From Squalus acanthias (lineage: Eukaryota), in contig CM059432.1 of NCBI GenBank assembly GCA_030390025.1, positions 75,270,001 through 75,334,000 on the forward strand: a DNA stretch of 64,000 bases, in the 5' to 3' direction. The notes under the pieces were generated by a model. The model had not been told where the DNA came from and ran no database searches. It was given only the letters and a program-made list of their open reading frames with translations. This document shows positions 1 to 13,493 of the stretch, in pieces (the stretch's first letter is position 1; every line of letters begins with the position of its first letter). The position numbers were made by a program, and so were the translations under genes.

Positions 1-240
1 ACAGAGATGGGGGGGGAGGTGGTGAGGCCATGGAGAGATTTGAAAACAAGGATGAGAATTTTAAAATTGAGGCGTTGCTTAACCGGGAGCCAATGTAGGC
101 CAGCGAGCACTTGGGTGATGGGTGAACGGAACTTGGTGCAAGTTAGGATACGGGCAGTAGAGTTTTGGATGACTTTAAGTTTATGGAGGTTTGAAGATGG
201 GAGTCCGGCCAGGTGTGCGTTGGAATAGTCAAGTCCAGAA
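1..240 (-). mobile_element. L2 LINE 3' ORF2 fragment
   Basis: Near-identical to 12480-12690. The minus strand encodes an ITxVLAxLHWLPVKQRLNFKILILVFKSLHGL-type L2 C-terminus. Confidence 0.8.
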
Positions 241-1574
241 GGGAAGAAACTGGTAAAATATTTACCCTGTTAAAAGAAGAGACTGGGAACCTGGATCGCA
301 CAGTGGTTAGAAAACTGTCCTCTTGCCTCTGGAACCTGGTTTTTGTCAGCTCAGGCTGGATCAGCAAAGGGAGTCCTTCTGACATTGGGGTTATGACACA
401 CTTCTGGGACCTTGAGCACAGTGTCATCATTAAGCTGGCTGTGAATGTGCTAAATATGGAAATGTAAACCATTCCACAGCACTGACTTCTGTTACCTTGA
501 TAAGCAGAACTACCAAACCCCCCACCACCCAGCCAAAAGTAAACATTGGCTAGTGTCAACTGGTGTATCCTCCAATATTAGAATCCCTTACACATTGAGT
601 TGTGCTGTAGCCATCAATCTCCAATCAGTAGTTACAGTATCACTCACATCCGGCAGTTTATACTGCCTGGCTGCAATTCGGATTCAGAACCAGGAGAGAG
701 CTCTACACATAATTGCTTACAATGCAAAAGTGGCTGTAAAACTGTACCTTTCAATAAACAATTATTTTATGTCTGTGAAGCACATTTATGACACAGACCA
801 TTTTTCAAAATACACCATACGAGCTGAGTGGAAGGATTTGTTTGCAATTATCTGTGCTCAAATATCTGTCTTCATTTTGGTATTTGGTATTTCTGGGCGG
901 TGAACCAGGCAGGAATATGTTGTTCAATTCAATACTCAATAAATTAGGATCCCTTGTTATTTAGGGTATAATTAATCACGCTGTAGGCAGGCTGCATGAA
1001 AGAAAGTCTAACTGTGCACTGGAGACCTGGAGGGGAAGTTTATTTACCATGTCTAGATTAAAATTGCTTACTGCGTTGTCCGGCATCCTTTCTTAAAAGG
1101 CGACCGTGAAGTTAGCCCCACAAGCTGCTTTCCGGTAACACAAAACAGAGAGAAAGGTCAGGTTAACATTTTTCTTCAGAACTGAAAAATAAACAAGCGG
1201 TCACGATTTGGGATTTTTTAAACCCTTTTCCCACAGAAAGGACTTAGAAATGAGTTACATTAAAAGTGCTATGTTTTAAACTGAAGTGGATTCACAAAGG
1301 TTTAAAATTCTCTTTACAGCCATATGCTGTAGCCGCTGAGACAAAGAGGAGTTTATTTGTTAATGAGCCACGTATTGAAGATGTGTATTAAAGCTGGACG
1401 GACTGGTTTATGGAATGTCACTTCTCACTCTGAGTCGGGACAATACGATTCATCTCAGATTTATTAAGTCAGAATGGACCTATTCATTTTGAGAATAACA
1501 GGAGATGGTTTCTAAGGACCCACAACCCAAGGTTGGGGGAAGCAGGCACCAGTTCTATCAACAAATTCTGTTCT

Positions 1575-1722
1575 GTTACATCTCTACTTTTTTCCAGTTC
1601 TGATGGAAGGTCATTGTCCTGAAATGTTAACTTTGTTTCTCTCTCCACAGATGCTGCCTAAGTATTTCCAGCATTTTCTGTTTTTATTTCAGATTTCCAG
1701 CATACGCAGTATTTTGCTTTTG
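1575..1722 (+). mobile_element. Decayed Penelope 3' tail fragment
   Basis: Homologous to the tail at 62640-62748 and to the reverse complement of 17420-17560. Confidence 0.65.
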
Positions 1723-3054
1723 TAACAGTATCAGAAATGTTCCTCTAGAGGGCGATGATGAATTGCTGCTTTGAATAAGCAGTTTTTCCCGAGTTGAGTG
1801 ATTTCCAGCACAACAAAGTTTGACATTTACAATGGTTTGAAATAATCTCAATGCGATGCCCCAACTTTTCTTTTCCATTTTCTAGTCTGGCTATAACTTT
1901 TTGAAAGGATTCATCACATTGTTTAGCAATGCAAACCAACATCTTCTTCAAGGTTTTAAATTCATGTTAACATTCTGACACAACTGGCACAAAATAATTG
2001 GGAGAGATGAATATTGACTTTTTTACAGTAATGTGTTAAGAAAATAACCCATAAATATTCCAATAACACACACGTAATTTGTTGTGAAATGTTTTGAATA
2101 ATGTATGAGCAATGTAATGCCATCATGGACAATTGTAACCAAAATTATCAGTTTTCAACTTAATTCCTTTGCAGATAAAAAAATTACACATGTTGGAAAT
2201 CTTAAATATAAACAGAAAATGCTGACAATACAGAGCAGGTTTGTCAGCATTTGTAAAACAATAGGTTAATGTTTCAATCTACTGGGTTGAAATTGTACTC
2301 CTAATTGGTGACAAATGGGAACTTGCCTTGACCACTATTTTGACCCTCTTATTTCCATTGAGTTAATGTCTTCCATTAAATAACTGAACAATTTGCTATG
2401 AATATATTAACATATTTATTACTAATTTCGCACAGCGTGATTTGAAACCATTTGATTCTTGAAGGGTCTCCTGTAGATGAAGGATTTACAGCTGAAATTT
2501 CAACTTGTCTTTTTTTCTTTTCAATGCTAACAGACCTGTTGTATATTTCCGGCATTTGCCGTTTTCATTTTTTTTATATTCCTGTAGTCATGATGATAAT
2601 TTTATGGCTGTAACTATTTGTACCCCCTGCAGACTCCAGAACTATCCTGAGGTGGGTCGTCTGTGGGGAAATCTCCCAGAATGCCTCATATGATTCTCTG
2701 GAAGCAATCAGTGCACGACTGTTCCCAGAGTTGTGAGGTCTCAGGAACAACAGCTATGAAGGCAACTATAAATTTTGTTGTACGTTCAAACAAGATAAAG
2801 CATACATTTTGAACCTATTCAAATGCACTTTTCCTGGGAAAATTGTACAAATGAATATCTTCAATGGTTCTTTACTTGTGCAATTACAGACAGAGATACC
2901 GTGAGAGAGAAAAAGAAATAGGTGAGACAAAAGTAAAAGAAACAAAATGAGAGATAGCTCGAGACAGAAAGATGGTCAGAGAGTGAGATAGAAAGAGAAA
3001 TAGAAAGACAGAAAACAAACCAGGAAGAAGCACAAAGAGATAAAGAGAAACCAA

Positions 3055-4795
3055 GGGGGAAATTTTTTTTTTGGGGGGGGGGTGGTCAGCTGACGTGTTT
3101 GGTGGTGGGTTGGGTGGGAAATTTTTATTGAGAGCGGGTCAGGAACCCGCTGTCAACCTGCTGCCACGCGACTTTCCTAGATGTCGGGTCTGTCAGCGCT
3201 GAACAGAACCGACGCGCAGCGGCAGGGAGGCAATTTAGGTCATTATGACCTTGTTAAGAGCCACTTAAAAAGTATTTTGAGCTCACCTTTAAATTTTACG
3301 AGTTTGCCCATGGGGTCCACGCTGCTTGGGGATCATGTTAGGTAAGCAGGTCGGGAGTTGTGCTACCATGAAATGATCTCTTTACTTGACAGCTACAAAT
3401 GTGCTATAAAAGCTCCCATCTCACAGCTGTTCACTTTCCAAGCTCAGAAATTGTTGCTTACTGCATTTGGAAGACAGATTGAGCTTTATGTAGATTGCAA
3501 GTGTTTGGAGTAAACTCTCTATCCAGTGTCACCTCATTGGAACAACCTCTCTCACCATTGACAGATCGCTTCTGTCATCTCAAGTTCACCTGCCATCTAT
3601 TACATCAGCATCAGTGCCCTTGAAACTATCTCACCTTGGTCCTCAGAATCCCACCACGATCAGCTCCAACACCAGCAGCACCAGACACACCAGCAGCACC
3701 AACAACAACACTAACCTTCTCTGCAATCAACTGATGCCGCACAGGACACAGGGCATCAGCACCCAACCACATTGCTGCCCGGGACACCAGGGATGGCCTC
3801 AACATGGCCAGATTTACTTCACTTGACGCTGTACTCCCTTGCTGCCACATGATGCACCAGGTTGGCACCACCCCACACCAACACCATAAAGTATCCCTAC
3901 AATGCCCAAGCCATTCTTTTCACACTCATGACCATTGTGGGGGGTACCGTTATATCTCACCATTCACTGCAACTCACTAAGCCACTTCCAAAGGTGCACA
4001 CAAATCTGTCCAAGAACGCAAACTGTTGAAAATAAAGGTTTCAATGTTTGACAGCACATTAACAGAAACTTCACATGAACATTGGCTAAAACACACAAGT
4101 GTGTTGTTAGTTGGTATGATTGGACTAGGACGAGGGTGAGTGTGAAGGGTGGCTAGTGAGATGGGGAAGTGATAATGTAGATAGAGAGTGATGAGTGGAG
4201 GAGCAAGGTAAGTTGGTGTGAGTAGGGTAGGGAAGGCAGAACGATGGGGATGTGATGAGTGGCGCAGCAGGATGAGGTTGAGTGTGGCTTTGCAGTAACG
4301 TTTCGTGATCTACTAAGATTGAAAGGTTTGCGCCACTGCAGCCTGGTCCTCCTAACGACATCCCTGCTTGTGTCCTACTGTGCAATGTGCAACCAGGTCG
4401 CATTGGTGTCCTGGGGAGGTGCCTTTCGCCCATGGGTGCTGTGACTCCCTCCATAAGCATATGGAGAGAGTCATGGGAGAGCCTGGGTGCAGCCGTGCAC
4501 CTCTGTGCAGTGCTTGTCAGTGTTTGCAGCACCTCAATGCTGTAGAACACTGACAGCACAACAGTCAAAATCAATTTGGGCATAGTCCCTTTAAGGAAAC
4601 CGGCTGATGATGCACCATCAAGTGATGTCATCAGACCCGCTTCCTTCAGTTAGCCGGCAAACTCGCTGGACAGGCTTAACAAGCCCAATCACGGTAAAAT
4701 CATTCTACAGAGCGGGCTGGAGCAGGCAGCGAAGTCGGGACCCACCACCGACCCCGGCCGCACCGGACCTGTCGAGGTAGGGGAAATCGCAGCCC
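3055..4795. mobile_element. Non-autonomous Harbinger deletion derivative (family A, copy 1)
   Basis: G-rich, imperfect Harbinger-like ends (GGGGGAAATTT ... AAATCGCAGCC) with a possible CAA TSD. Colinear with the reverse complement of 48677-50772. Holds fused transposase 5'/3' remnants (3600-3830) and a Myb exon-1 remnant (about 4300-4480). Confidence 0.75.
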
Positions 4796-4819
4796 AAGAG
4801 ATAGAGACAGAGAGAAACT

Positions 4820-5072
4820 GGCCCCGATTTTAACTCCAGGTGAATACCCTGTAGTTAAAATTACAGTCGGGCCTCAATGATGTCATCAAGCCACAACATG
4901 CATATGTAAAGAAGGACCCTGTTGGCTCCAGTCTTGTCTCCTTGCTGCCTGCTCAGGAGAGCAGGTTAAAATTGCAGATGTTGCGATCAGGTTTTCGACA
5001 GGTAAGAGCCAGGGCGATTTTAACTGTCCAACTGCCAGGTTTCTGCTGAGCGACAGGGGTTAAAATTGCCCC
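4820..5072. mobile_element. Harbinger-type MITE
   Basis: Ends GGCCCCGATTTTAAC ... GTTAAAATTGCCCC are imperfect TIRs. The same left end occurs at 13494. Confidence 0.55.
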
Positions 5073-5369
5073 TATGTGGGAGAGACAGAGGCCGGAATTT
5101 TTACCTTGGAGTCGGGTCGGGTGCGTACGGAGTGAGTAGCGGGTCAGGAACGCGATGTTTGGCTCAGCGCATTGTTCTGTGTGACTTTAACTCAATGGCC
5201 CCACTTAAAGCATGCGCGTTTCCTGGCCCAATTAAATGGAACAAGTCTGATGACGTCATCGCTGACTTGTTTCGAGTGCCAATATTTAGAGCAGCCTTGC
5301 ACACAACTCATTTGAAGATTGCTAAAGGAGTGTGCAACGTCATTTACAAATGTCTGAGTGCTGTCCCAA

Positions 5370-7184
5370 ATGTTAAAAGATTTGGATACACAAAGGCAGA
5401 AGGCTGCACCCAGATTTAGTGATGCATCCCTCAATGTTCTGGTGCAGGCAGTGAGAGCCTGCAGGGAGGTCCTGTTCCCTGCTGATAGGTGCAGAAGACC
5501 ACCCAAAGATACCAAAAGGGCCTGGTTGGAGATAGCAGAGGAGGTCAGCAGCAGGGATGTTGTCAGGAGGATGTGGATCCAGTGCAGGAAAAGATTCAAT
5601 GATCTCATGAGGTCAGGAAAGGTGAGTGCAATGCCACACTCACCTACATCCTGATGTGCCTGTCACAACATCCGCATCACTCTGCCTTTCCAAGCCAACT
5701 CCTGCACATCATTCCTCACACCAACATACATTCCAGATCCACCCATCCCTCTCTGTCTACGTATATGCTCACATCCCCATATGACTAACCACCACTGACA
5801 CTCACCCTCATCCTAATGCAATCATAGTAAGTAACACCACAGAAGGAGGCCATTTGGCATTGGCACCCCACTCCCTCATAGTCACCCTCTGCAGATGTAG
5901 CCCATCCATTCCTTACAGTCATTCCATCACTCTCACTCAAAGTCCTCTTCTTTCCCTCCTAGCAGGAGAAGAGAGCCCAGAACAATAGGGAGAGGCAGAG
6001 AACTGGAGGTGGCCCTCTAGTATTCACACAGTTGACTCCAGCAGAGGAGAAGGCCCTGGAGATATCTCGAGTTGCAGAACTGCTGGTGGTGGGAGATGGA
6101 GAGAGAGGGACATCCCAGCAACCTGGTGACAGAATTACATCTCATACAGCCACATGGCACACAGCAGTCACTCATATGGTGACTGATGTCAGCAACAAGT
6201 GAAATTTCATCATGAGCAGAATGTTAACGTAAACCATTCTTAATATAACACTTCTAAATCATCTCTTTACTCTCCCACAGGTTTATCAAGTGCCCCCGCT
6301 CCCCCCCCACCCCCTTCCCCCTGCCACTGTCCAGCCAGAGGAGGAAGACGACTCCTCAGAGGAAGCTCCAGTCTCTGAGGGTGCACCGTCAGCAGATCCA
6401 AGTGCACCCTCGGTGGGTTCTGTGTGAAGTAGAGTAGTGTTGTCACCTGGTGTCTCACGCTGCACAAGTGAGCAAGAGCAGATGATGTTGACAGGGACAA
6501 CAGTGGAGACTCCTCGCCGGAGGGTACAGGATGCTCCAAGCTCTGCTGAGCTGCATGCAGATGCTAAGCCTCCTGGGCCGTGATGTCTGCAAATGTGCAG
6601 AGAATGGAGGAGTCCATCTCCAACATGAGCACCACCATGTCGCAGGCAATGGCTGCGATCTGCTGTTCCATGGAAAGCATGGCCACCTGCATGGAGCAGC
6701 AAATGCGCCAGTGGCATGAGTACATGCTACCTGTGGATAATAGATGGCAGATGCTCATAGACCTCATCTCGCGGAGGGATATAAACTTGGACTTGGACAT
6801 ACCTCGTCTCATTGCTATGGAGCAAGGTGCTCTCCATCTCCTTGCTAGCAGGGAAGTGCGGGTGGCCCATGGGAGGGATGATGATGAGAGGGGACATGTA
6901 AGTAGACCTCTTCTCAAAGCGCTCCCACTTCTCCCCCGTTGCTTCCCCCTCAGTCAGAGACCCACATGCTTCCTTGGATCGCGATGGCCAAGTCTGCCCC
7001 TGCACAGTTGCAGGAGGAGCAGACTTTGGCGGGGTCATCGCAGGCTCCAAAACCCAGAGGATGTCCACCAAAAGTGTCTAACCAGTCGCAGCAGGGAAGT
7101 AAGCAGGCTCCCACTACCTCTGCTAAGGCCACAGGGGTTGCACCTTGTAGGAGCACTTGGAAAAGGAAAAATACACATAAGTAG
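5370..7184 (+). pseudogene. Harbinger Myb/SANT-like DNA-binding protein gene, 3 exons (about 5370-5621, 5966-6125, 6281-7184), frameshifted in exon 3
   Basis: RFSDASLNVLV...AWLEIAEEVS...QCRKRFNDL motif. GTGAGT donor at 5622, AG acceptors at 5965 and 6280. Exon 2 encodes ERQRTGGG...LTPAEE. Confidence 0.8.
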
Positions 7185-7480
7185 ATGCACAAGGATATGC
7201 ACATGGGTGTATGAACAAATGTTAGTGTTAAGTTTCAGTTATTTTGATGACACTGATAAATGTATTTCTTTGCACCACTTTCTGGTCTTGTCCATTTTTG
7301 CCTGCTACCTGGGAAGTAGCTTTGTCACTTGGAGTGAATGGTGAGACATCACTTAAGCTCGAGCACTGGGGGTTTGGGTGAGAGGAATGGCTTGGTCATT
7401 GTAGGGATGCTTTATGGTGTTGTTGGGGGGTGTGGAACTTAGTACTGCATGTGACAGCCATATGGGTGCATTGGAGCAAG

Positions 7481-8590
7481 TTAAGTAAATCTGGCCATGG
7501 CGAGGCCATCCCGGGCCTCCTGGGCAGCAATGTGCGCCATTGCTGGTGCCAACTCCACCTCAGGTTCCTTCTCCTCCTCTTCCTCCTTTGAAGAGGCTGT
7601 GCGCTCTGCGCCTTGCTCCTCCTGCAGCTCCAATCCTCGCTGCTGCGCTTTGTTGTGCAGTGCGCAGCAAACGACGATGATTCTGGAGATGTTGCCTGGT
7701 GCGTACTGAAGGGCTCATCCAGATCTGTCAAGGCATCTGAAGCGCTTCTTCACCATGCCTATTGCTTGCTCTATGACACATCTGGTGGAGATGTGGCTCT
7801 CATTATAAATGTTCCTTGGCCCCAATACTTGGCATCCTCAAGGGTGTCATGAGCCATTTCTTCAGTGGATAGCCCTTGTCTCCAAGTAGCCAGCCGTTAA
7901 TTCTGTTTGAAGGTGCGAAGAATTGAGGGAGGGTGGACTGACACAACACAAAAGAGTCATGACAGCTGCCAAGGAATCTGGCACACACATGCATGATCTT
8001 TTTATGGTTGCAGATGAGCTGCACACTGAGGGAGTGGAAGCCCTTGCAGTTCACAAACACTCCTGGGTGATGATGGGGTGCTTTCATGGCCACATGTGTG
8101 TAATTAATGACGCCCTGCACCTGTGGGAAGTTAGCCAGAGCCTGCAAAGCCAAGCGCCCGCTCCGTGACACTGGCTTCATCAGTGGCAAAGTTGATATAA
8201 TTGGCTGACTTGTCAAACATGGCATTGGTCACCTGGGTGATGCATCTGTGGGCGGCCGACTGCGAGATCCCGCAAATGTCTGCTGCAGATCCCTGAAGGA
8301 GCCTGAGATGAAGAAGTTGAGGGCAGTGGTGACTTTGACAGCCACTGGTAAGGCGTGTCCAACAGGACCTCTGGGCAGCAGGTCTTGTTCCAGCAAGCTA
8401 CAACTGTCTGTGACGACCTGGCACGATAGCCTGAGCCTCCTGAAGCACTGCTGCTCAGTCATGTCCAGGAAGCTCATCCTCTGCCTGTATACCCTGTGTT
8501 GGGGGTATCGCCTCCGGCAAGGTGCAGCCCTGTGGTGCCCCCCTCTTTCCTGTGGAGCATCAGGTCTTTGAGGAGAAGGCTGCTGTTGTG

Positions 8591-8624
<34 letters not shown>

Positions 8625-8682
8625 TTGTTGGTGCTTGGTCTGATTCTGAGGTCCAAGGTGAGACAGCATAAGTGGCACCCAT
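7481..8682 (-). pseudogene. HARBI1-like DDE transposase, frameshifted
   Basis: Fragments [69 protein letters not shown] and [11 protein letters not shown], split across frames. Confidence 0.88.
8579..8632 (-). repeat. (CAG)n/(CAA)n microsatellite in the transposase 5' region
   Basis: Plus strand reads (GCT)n/(GTT)n; gives polyQ in ORF 8229-8678. Confidence 0.85.
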
Positions 8683-9298
8683 GCTGATGTAATAAATGGC
8701 AGGTGATATGGAGATCAGAGGCACAATCCCTCAATGTTCTGATGGTGACTAGCAATATGGTGAGAGTGGGTTTGAGGTTGCAGAAATGACCTGCAAACTG
8801 CTGACAGCTAAATCTCTGCACAAAATGGAATCAGCAGGAGCCTTTCCATTAGCCAAGTAATCAGGTGTAATGTGGGAGTATTTATGTGTTTTTCCCAGCT
8901 CTCAATTAATGCCCTCGCACAATGGCCACTGAGCTTCTGCCTCCCCTTCACAGGTGAGATTCCCGAGGTGCGTGAATCCCATGCTCCTGAAGTTAAAGAC
9001 AAAAGCTGGTGTCAAAAACCCTCTTAAGGGTCTCTCAACAAGCAGATAATTACTTGAATTAGGTCGCTCACCTCTGCCGATCGGGTCCGTGGTGCACTTG
9101 GAAACACGCCCGAGTTAAATGTGGAAGTCAGGCGGGATGACGGCGTGTTCCCGACGCGCTGGCAATTTCGGCGATTTTTACTGCCAACCCGCCCCCAAAC
9201 TCACACACTCAGCAATGGGAAAATTCCGGCCAGAGAAACAGACAGCGATTATAAGAGCGAGTGTGAGAGTGCATGAGGGTGTGTATGTGTGATGTGAA

Positions 9299-11750
9299 AG
9301 AACATAAGAACATAAGAATTAGGAGCAGGAGTAGGCCATACGGCCTTTCGAGCCTGCTCTGCCATTCAATAAGATCATGGCTGATCTTCGACCTCAATTC
9401 CACTTTCCCGCCCGATCTCCATATCCCTTGATTCTCCTACAGTCCAAAAATCTATCGATCTCAGCCTTGAATATACTGAATATACTCAACGACTCAGCTT
9501 CCACAGCCCTTTGGGGTAGAGAATTTCAAAGATTCACCACCCTCTGAGTGAAGAAATTCCATCTCATCTCATTCTTAAACAGCCGACCCCTTATCCTGAG
9601 ATTATGCCCCCTAGTTCTAGACTTTCCAGCCAGGGGAAACAACCTCTCAGCATCTACCCTGTCAATCCCCCTCAGAATCTGATATGTTTCAATGAGATCA
9701 CCTCTCATTCTTCTAAACTCCAGAGAGTATAGGCCCAATCTACTCAATCTTTCCTCATAGGACAACCCTTTTATCCCAGGGATCAATCTAGTGAACCTTT
9801 TGTTGCATCGCCTCTAAGGCATGTATGTCCTTTCTCAGATAAGGAGACCAAAACTGTGCACAGTACTCCAGGTGTGGTCTCACCAAAGCCCTGTACAATT
9901 GTAGTAAGACTTCCTTACTCTTGTACTCCAACCCACTTGCATTAAAGGCCAATATGCCATTTGCCTTCCTAATTGCTTGCTGTATCTGCAGCTAACTTTC
10001 TGTGTTTCCTGTACGAGGACACCTAAATCTCTCTGAACACCAACATTTAATCATTTCTCACCATTTAAAAAATATTCCGGTTTTCTATTCTTCCTACCAA
10101 AGTGAATAACCTCACATTTCCTCACAATATACTCCATCTGCCACCTTATTGGCCACTCACTTAACCTGTCTATATCCATTTGCAGGCTCTTTGTGTCCTC
10201 CTCACAGCTTACTTTCCCACCTAGCTTTGTATCATCAGCAAATTTGGATACATTGCACTCGGTCCCTTCATCCAAGCCATTAATATAGATTGTAAATAGC
10301 TGAGGCCCCAGCACTGAACCTTGCGGCAGCCCACTAGTTACAGCCTGCCAACTGGAAAATGTCCTGTTTATTCCGACTCTCTGTTTTCTGTCCGTTAACC
10401 AATCCTCTATCCATGCTAATATATAACCCCAATTCCAGGAGCCCTTATCTTGCATAGCAACCTTTTATGTGGCACCTTATCGAATGCCTTTTTGAAATCC
10501 AAATATACTACATCCATTGGTTCCCTTGTATCTACCCTGCTAGTTACATACTCAAAAAACTCTAATAAATTTGTTAAACATGATTTCCCCTTCATAAAAC
10601 CTTGTTGACTCTGCCTAATCATATTACAATTTAAGTGCCCTGCTACCACTTCCTTAATAATGGATTCCAGCATTTTCCAGACAACTGATGTCAGACTAAC
10701 TGGCCTGTAGTTCCCAGTTTTCTCTCTCCCTCCTTTCTTGAATAGCGGAGTTACATTGCTGCCTTCCAATCTGCTGGGGCTGTTCTAGAATCGATGGAAT
10801 TTTGGAAGATCACAACCAATGCATCCACTATCTCTGCAGCCATCTCTTTTAGAACCCTGGAATGTAGGCCATCAGGTCCAGGGAATTTGTCAGCTTTTAG
10901 TCCCATTAGTTTCGCAAGTACTTTTTCTCTACTGATATTAATCACTTTTAGTTCCTCACTCTTATTAGCCCCTTGGTTCCCCACTATTTCTGGTATGCGT
11001 TTTGTGTCTTCTACTGTGAAGACAGATACAAAATATTTGTTTTAAGTCTCTGCCATGTCCTTATTCCCCATTATAATTTCACCTATCTCAGCCTCTAAGG
11101 GACCAACGCTTACTTTTGCTACTCTCTTCCTTTTTACATACTTCTAGAAGCTCTTACAATCTGTTTTTATATTTCTTGCTAGTTTACTCATTTTATTTTC
11201 TGCCTTATCAATTTTTTGGTCATCCTTTGCTGGTTTCTAAAGCTCTCCCAATTCTCAGGCTTACTACAATTCTTCCCAACATTATAAGCCTTTTCTTTTA
11301 ATCTAATACTATCCTTAACTTCTTTAGTTAGCCACAGATGGATCACTTTTCCCAGTGGAGTTTTTAATTCACAATGGAATTTATATTCGTTGAGAATTTT
11401 GGAATATTTCTTTAAATGTTTGCCACTGCTTACCTACGGTCATACCTTTTAATCTAATTTCCCAATCTACCTTAGTTAACTCATCCTCATACCTATGTAA
11501 CTGTCTTTATTTAAATTTAAGACTCTCGTTTCCGGCTGAAATATTTCACTCTCAAACTTAATGTGAAATTTTATATTATGATCACTCTTCCCCAGAGGAT
11601 CCTTTACTATGAGATTACTGATTAACCCTGTCTCATTACACAATACAAGATTTAAAATAGCCTGTTCGCTGGTTGGTTCCATGACGTATTGTTCTCGGAA
11701 ACTGTCTCGAATGCATTCCATAAACTCATCCTCCAGACTACCTTTGCCAA
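9299..11750 (-). mobile_element. CR1 LINE, 5'-truncated, disrupted RT
   Basis: ORF pieces GNYRPVSLTS, YLDFKKAFDKV, GLPQGSVLGP, KFADDTK and GLYSLEFRRMRGDLIE. The 3' tail repeat (TTCTTATG)n is at about 9300. Confidence 0.92.
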
Positions 11751-11939
11751 TGACACTTGCAGAACTTGGCAACAATGTAAACTTTATGTTCAAGAATACC
11801 CAACTTAAGGAGCTAGGTTGCAGCATCCATACAAAGCATCAAAAAGAGAGAAAAAGTACTAAGTGCAAAGTATTACAGCAATCCAGGGCCAGAATATCAT
11901 GAACACACTAAGGTAAGTTAGTGACAATCAAAATCTGTT

Positions 11940-13198
11940 GTTTAACTTCTTTAGTTAGCCACGGATGGATCACTTTCCCTGTGGAGTTTTTTTTCTCAAT
12001 GGAATGTATATTCGCTGAGAATTTTAGAATATTTCTTTAAATGTTTCCCACTGCTTATCTACTGTCGTACCTTTTAATCTAATTTCCCAATCTACCTTAG
12101 CTAACTCGCCCCTCATACAACAACAACATCTTGTATTTATATAGCACCTTTAACGTAGTAAAGCACCCCAAGGCACTTCACAGGAGTATTATAAGACAAA
12201 AAATTTGACACCGAGCCACATAAGGAGAAATTAGGGCAGGTGACCTAAAGCTTGGTCAAAGAGGTAGGTTTTAAGGAGCGTCCTAAAGGCGGAAATAGAG
12301 GTAGAGAGGCAGAGAGGTTTAGACAGGGAATTCCAGAGCTTAGGGCCTAGGCAACAGAAGACACGGCCACCAATGGTTGAACGATTATAGTCAGGGATGC
12401 TCAAGAGGGCAGAATTAGAGGAATTAGAGGAGCGCAGATATCTCAGGGGGTTGTGGGGCTGAAGGAGATTACGGCGATAGGGAGGGGTGAGGCCATGGAG
12501 GGATTTGAAAACAAGGATGAGAATTTTGAAATCGAGGCGTTACTTAACCGGGAGCCAATGTAGGTCAGCGAGCACAGGGGTGATGGGTGAAATTAGGACA
12601 CGGGCAGCCGAGTTTTGGATGACCTCAAGTTTGCGAAGGGTGGAATGTGGGAGGCCAGCCAGGAGTGCGTTGGAATAGTCAAGCCTAGAGGTAATAAAGG
12701 CATTGATGAGAGTTTCAGCAACGGCTGAGCTGAGGCAAGGACGGAGACGAGTGATGTTACGGAGGTGGAAATAGGCAATCTTAGTTATGCTGTGAACATG
12801 TGGTTGGAAGCTCATTTCAGGGTCAAATGTGACACCAAGGTTGCAAACAGTGTGGTTCAGCATCAGACAGATGTTAGGGAGAGGGATGGAGTCAGTGGCT
12901 AGGGAATGGAGTTTGTGGCGGGGACCGAAAACAATGGCTTCGGTCTTCCCAATATTCAATTGGAGAACATTTCTGCTCATCCAGAACTGGATGTCAGACA
13001 AGCAGTCTGACAATTTATTATTTAAGTTTAAGACTCTCGTTTCCGACTGATGTATTTCACTCTCAAACTCAACGTGAAATTTTATCATATTATGATCACT
13101 CTTCCCCAGAGGATCCTTTACTATGAGATAACTAATGAACCCTGTCTCATTAGACAATACAAGATCTAAAATACCTGTTCCCTGGTTGGTTCCATGAC
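11940..13198 (-). mobile_element. Second CR1 fragment interrupted by an L2
   Basis: 11940-12118 and 13015-13198 match 11315-11490 and 11505-11685 consecutively. Confidence 0.8.
12119..13014 (-). mobile_element. L2 LINE 3' fragment nested in CR1
   Basis: Encodes LQLNIGKTEAIVF...SRLDYSNALLAGLP...LHWLPVK. Tail GGTGCTATATAAATACAAG...(GTT)n at about 12120. Confidence 0.88.
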
Positions 13199-13493
13199 AT
13201 GTGTCTGTGTGTGAGATTGTGTAGGAGAGAGTGGGGAGGAATTTTACGAATGCACACTAGCATCATTCACCACTGGGGCACAGCATATTGGAAAATCACT
13301 GGCAGCGGCTCTTAATTTTTCATACGTAATGCCAGCAGGTGAGGTTCTCTGCATGTACTAGGAAAACTGCCTCTATGTGTCAGAAAGTATGTGCAAGAGT
13401 GTGAGCGTGACTGAGAGTGTGTATAGGAGCGTGCCTGAGAGAGTGTGAGTATGAGTGAAAAATGTATGAGAAACAGATAGACACAGAGTAGCT

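Larger units (their letters stand above)
5090..9231. mobile_element. Full-length decayed PIF/Harbinger transposon (element B) with convergent Myb-like and transposase genes
   Basis: Perfect 12-bp TIR GGCCGGAATTTT, flanked by AGA on both sides. Contains both diagnostic Harbinger genes. Confidence 0.9.

Noticed and set aside
280..470. LF-SINE-like or tRNA-derived head
   Set aside because: Similarity is too weak to call by eye.
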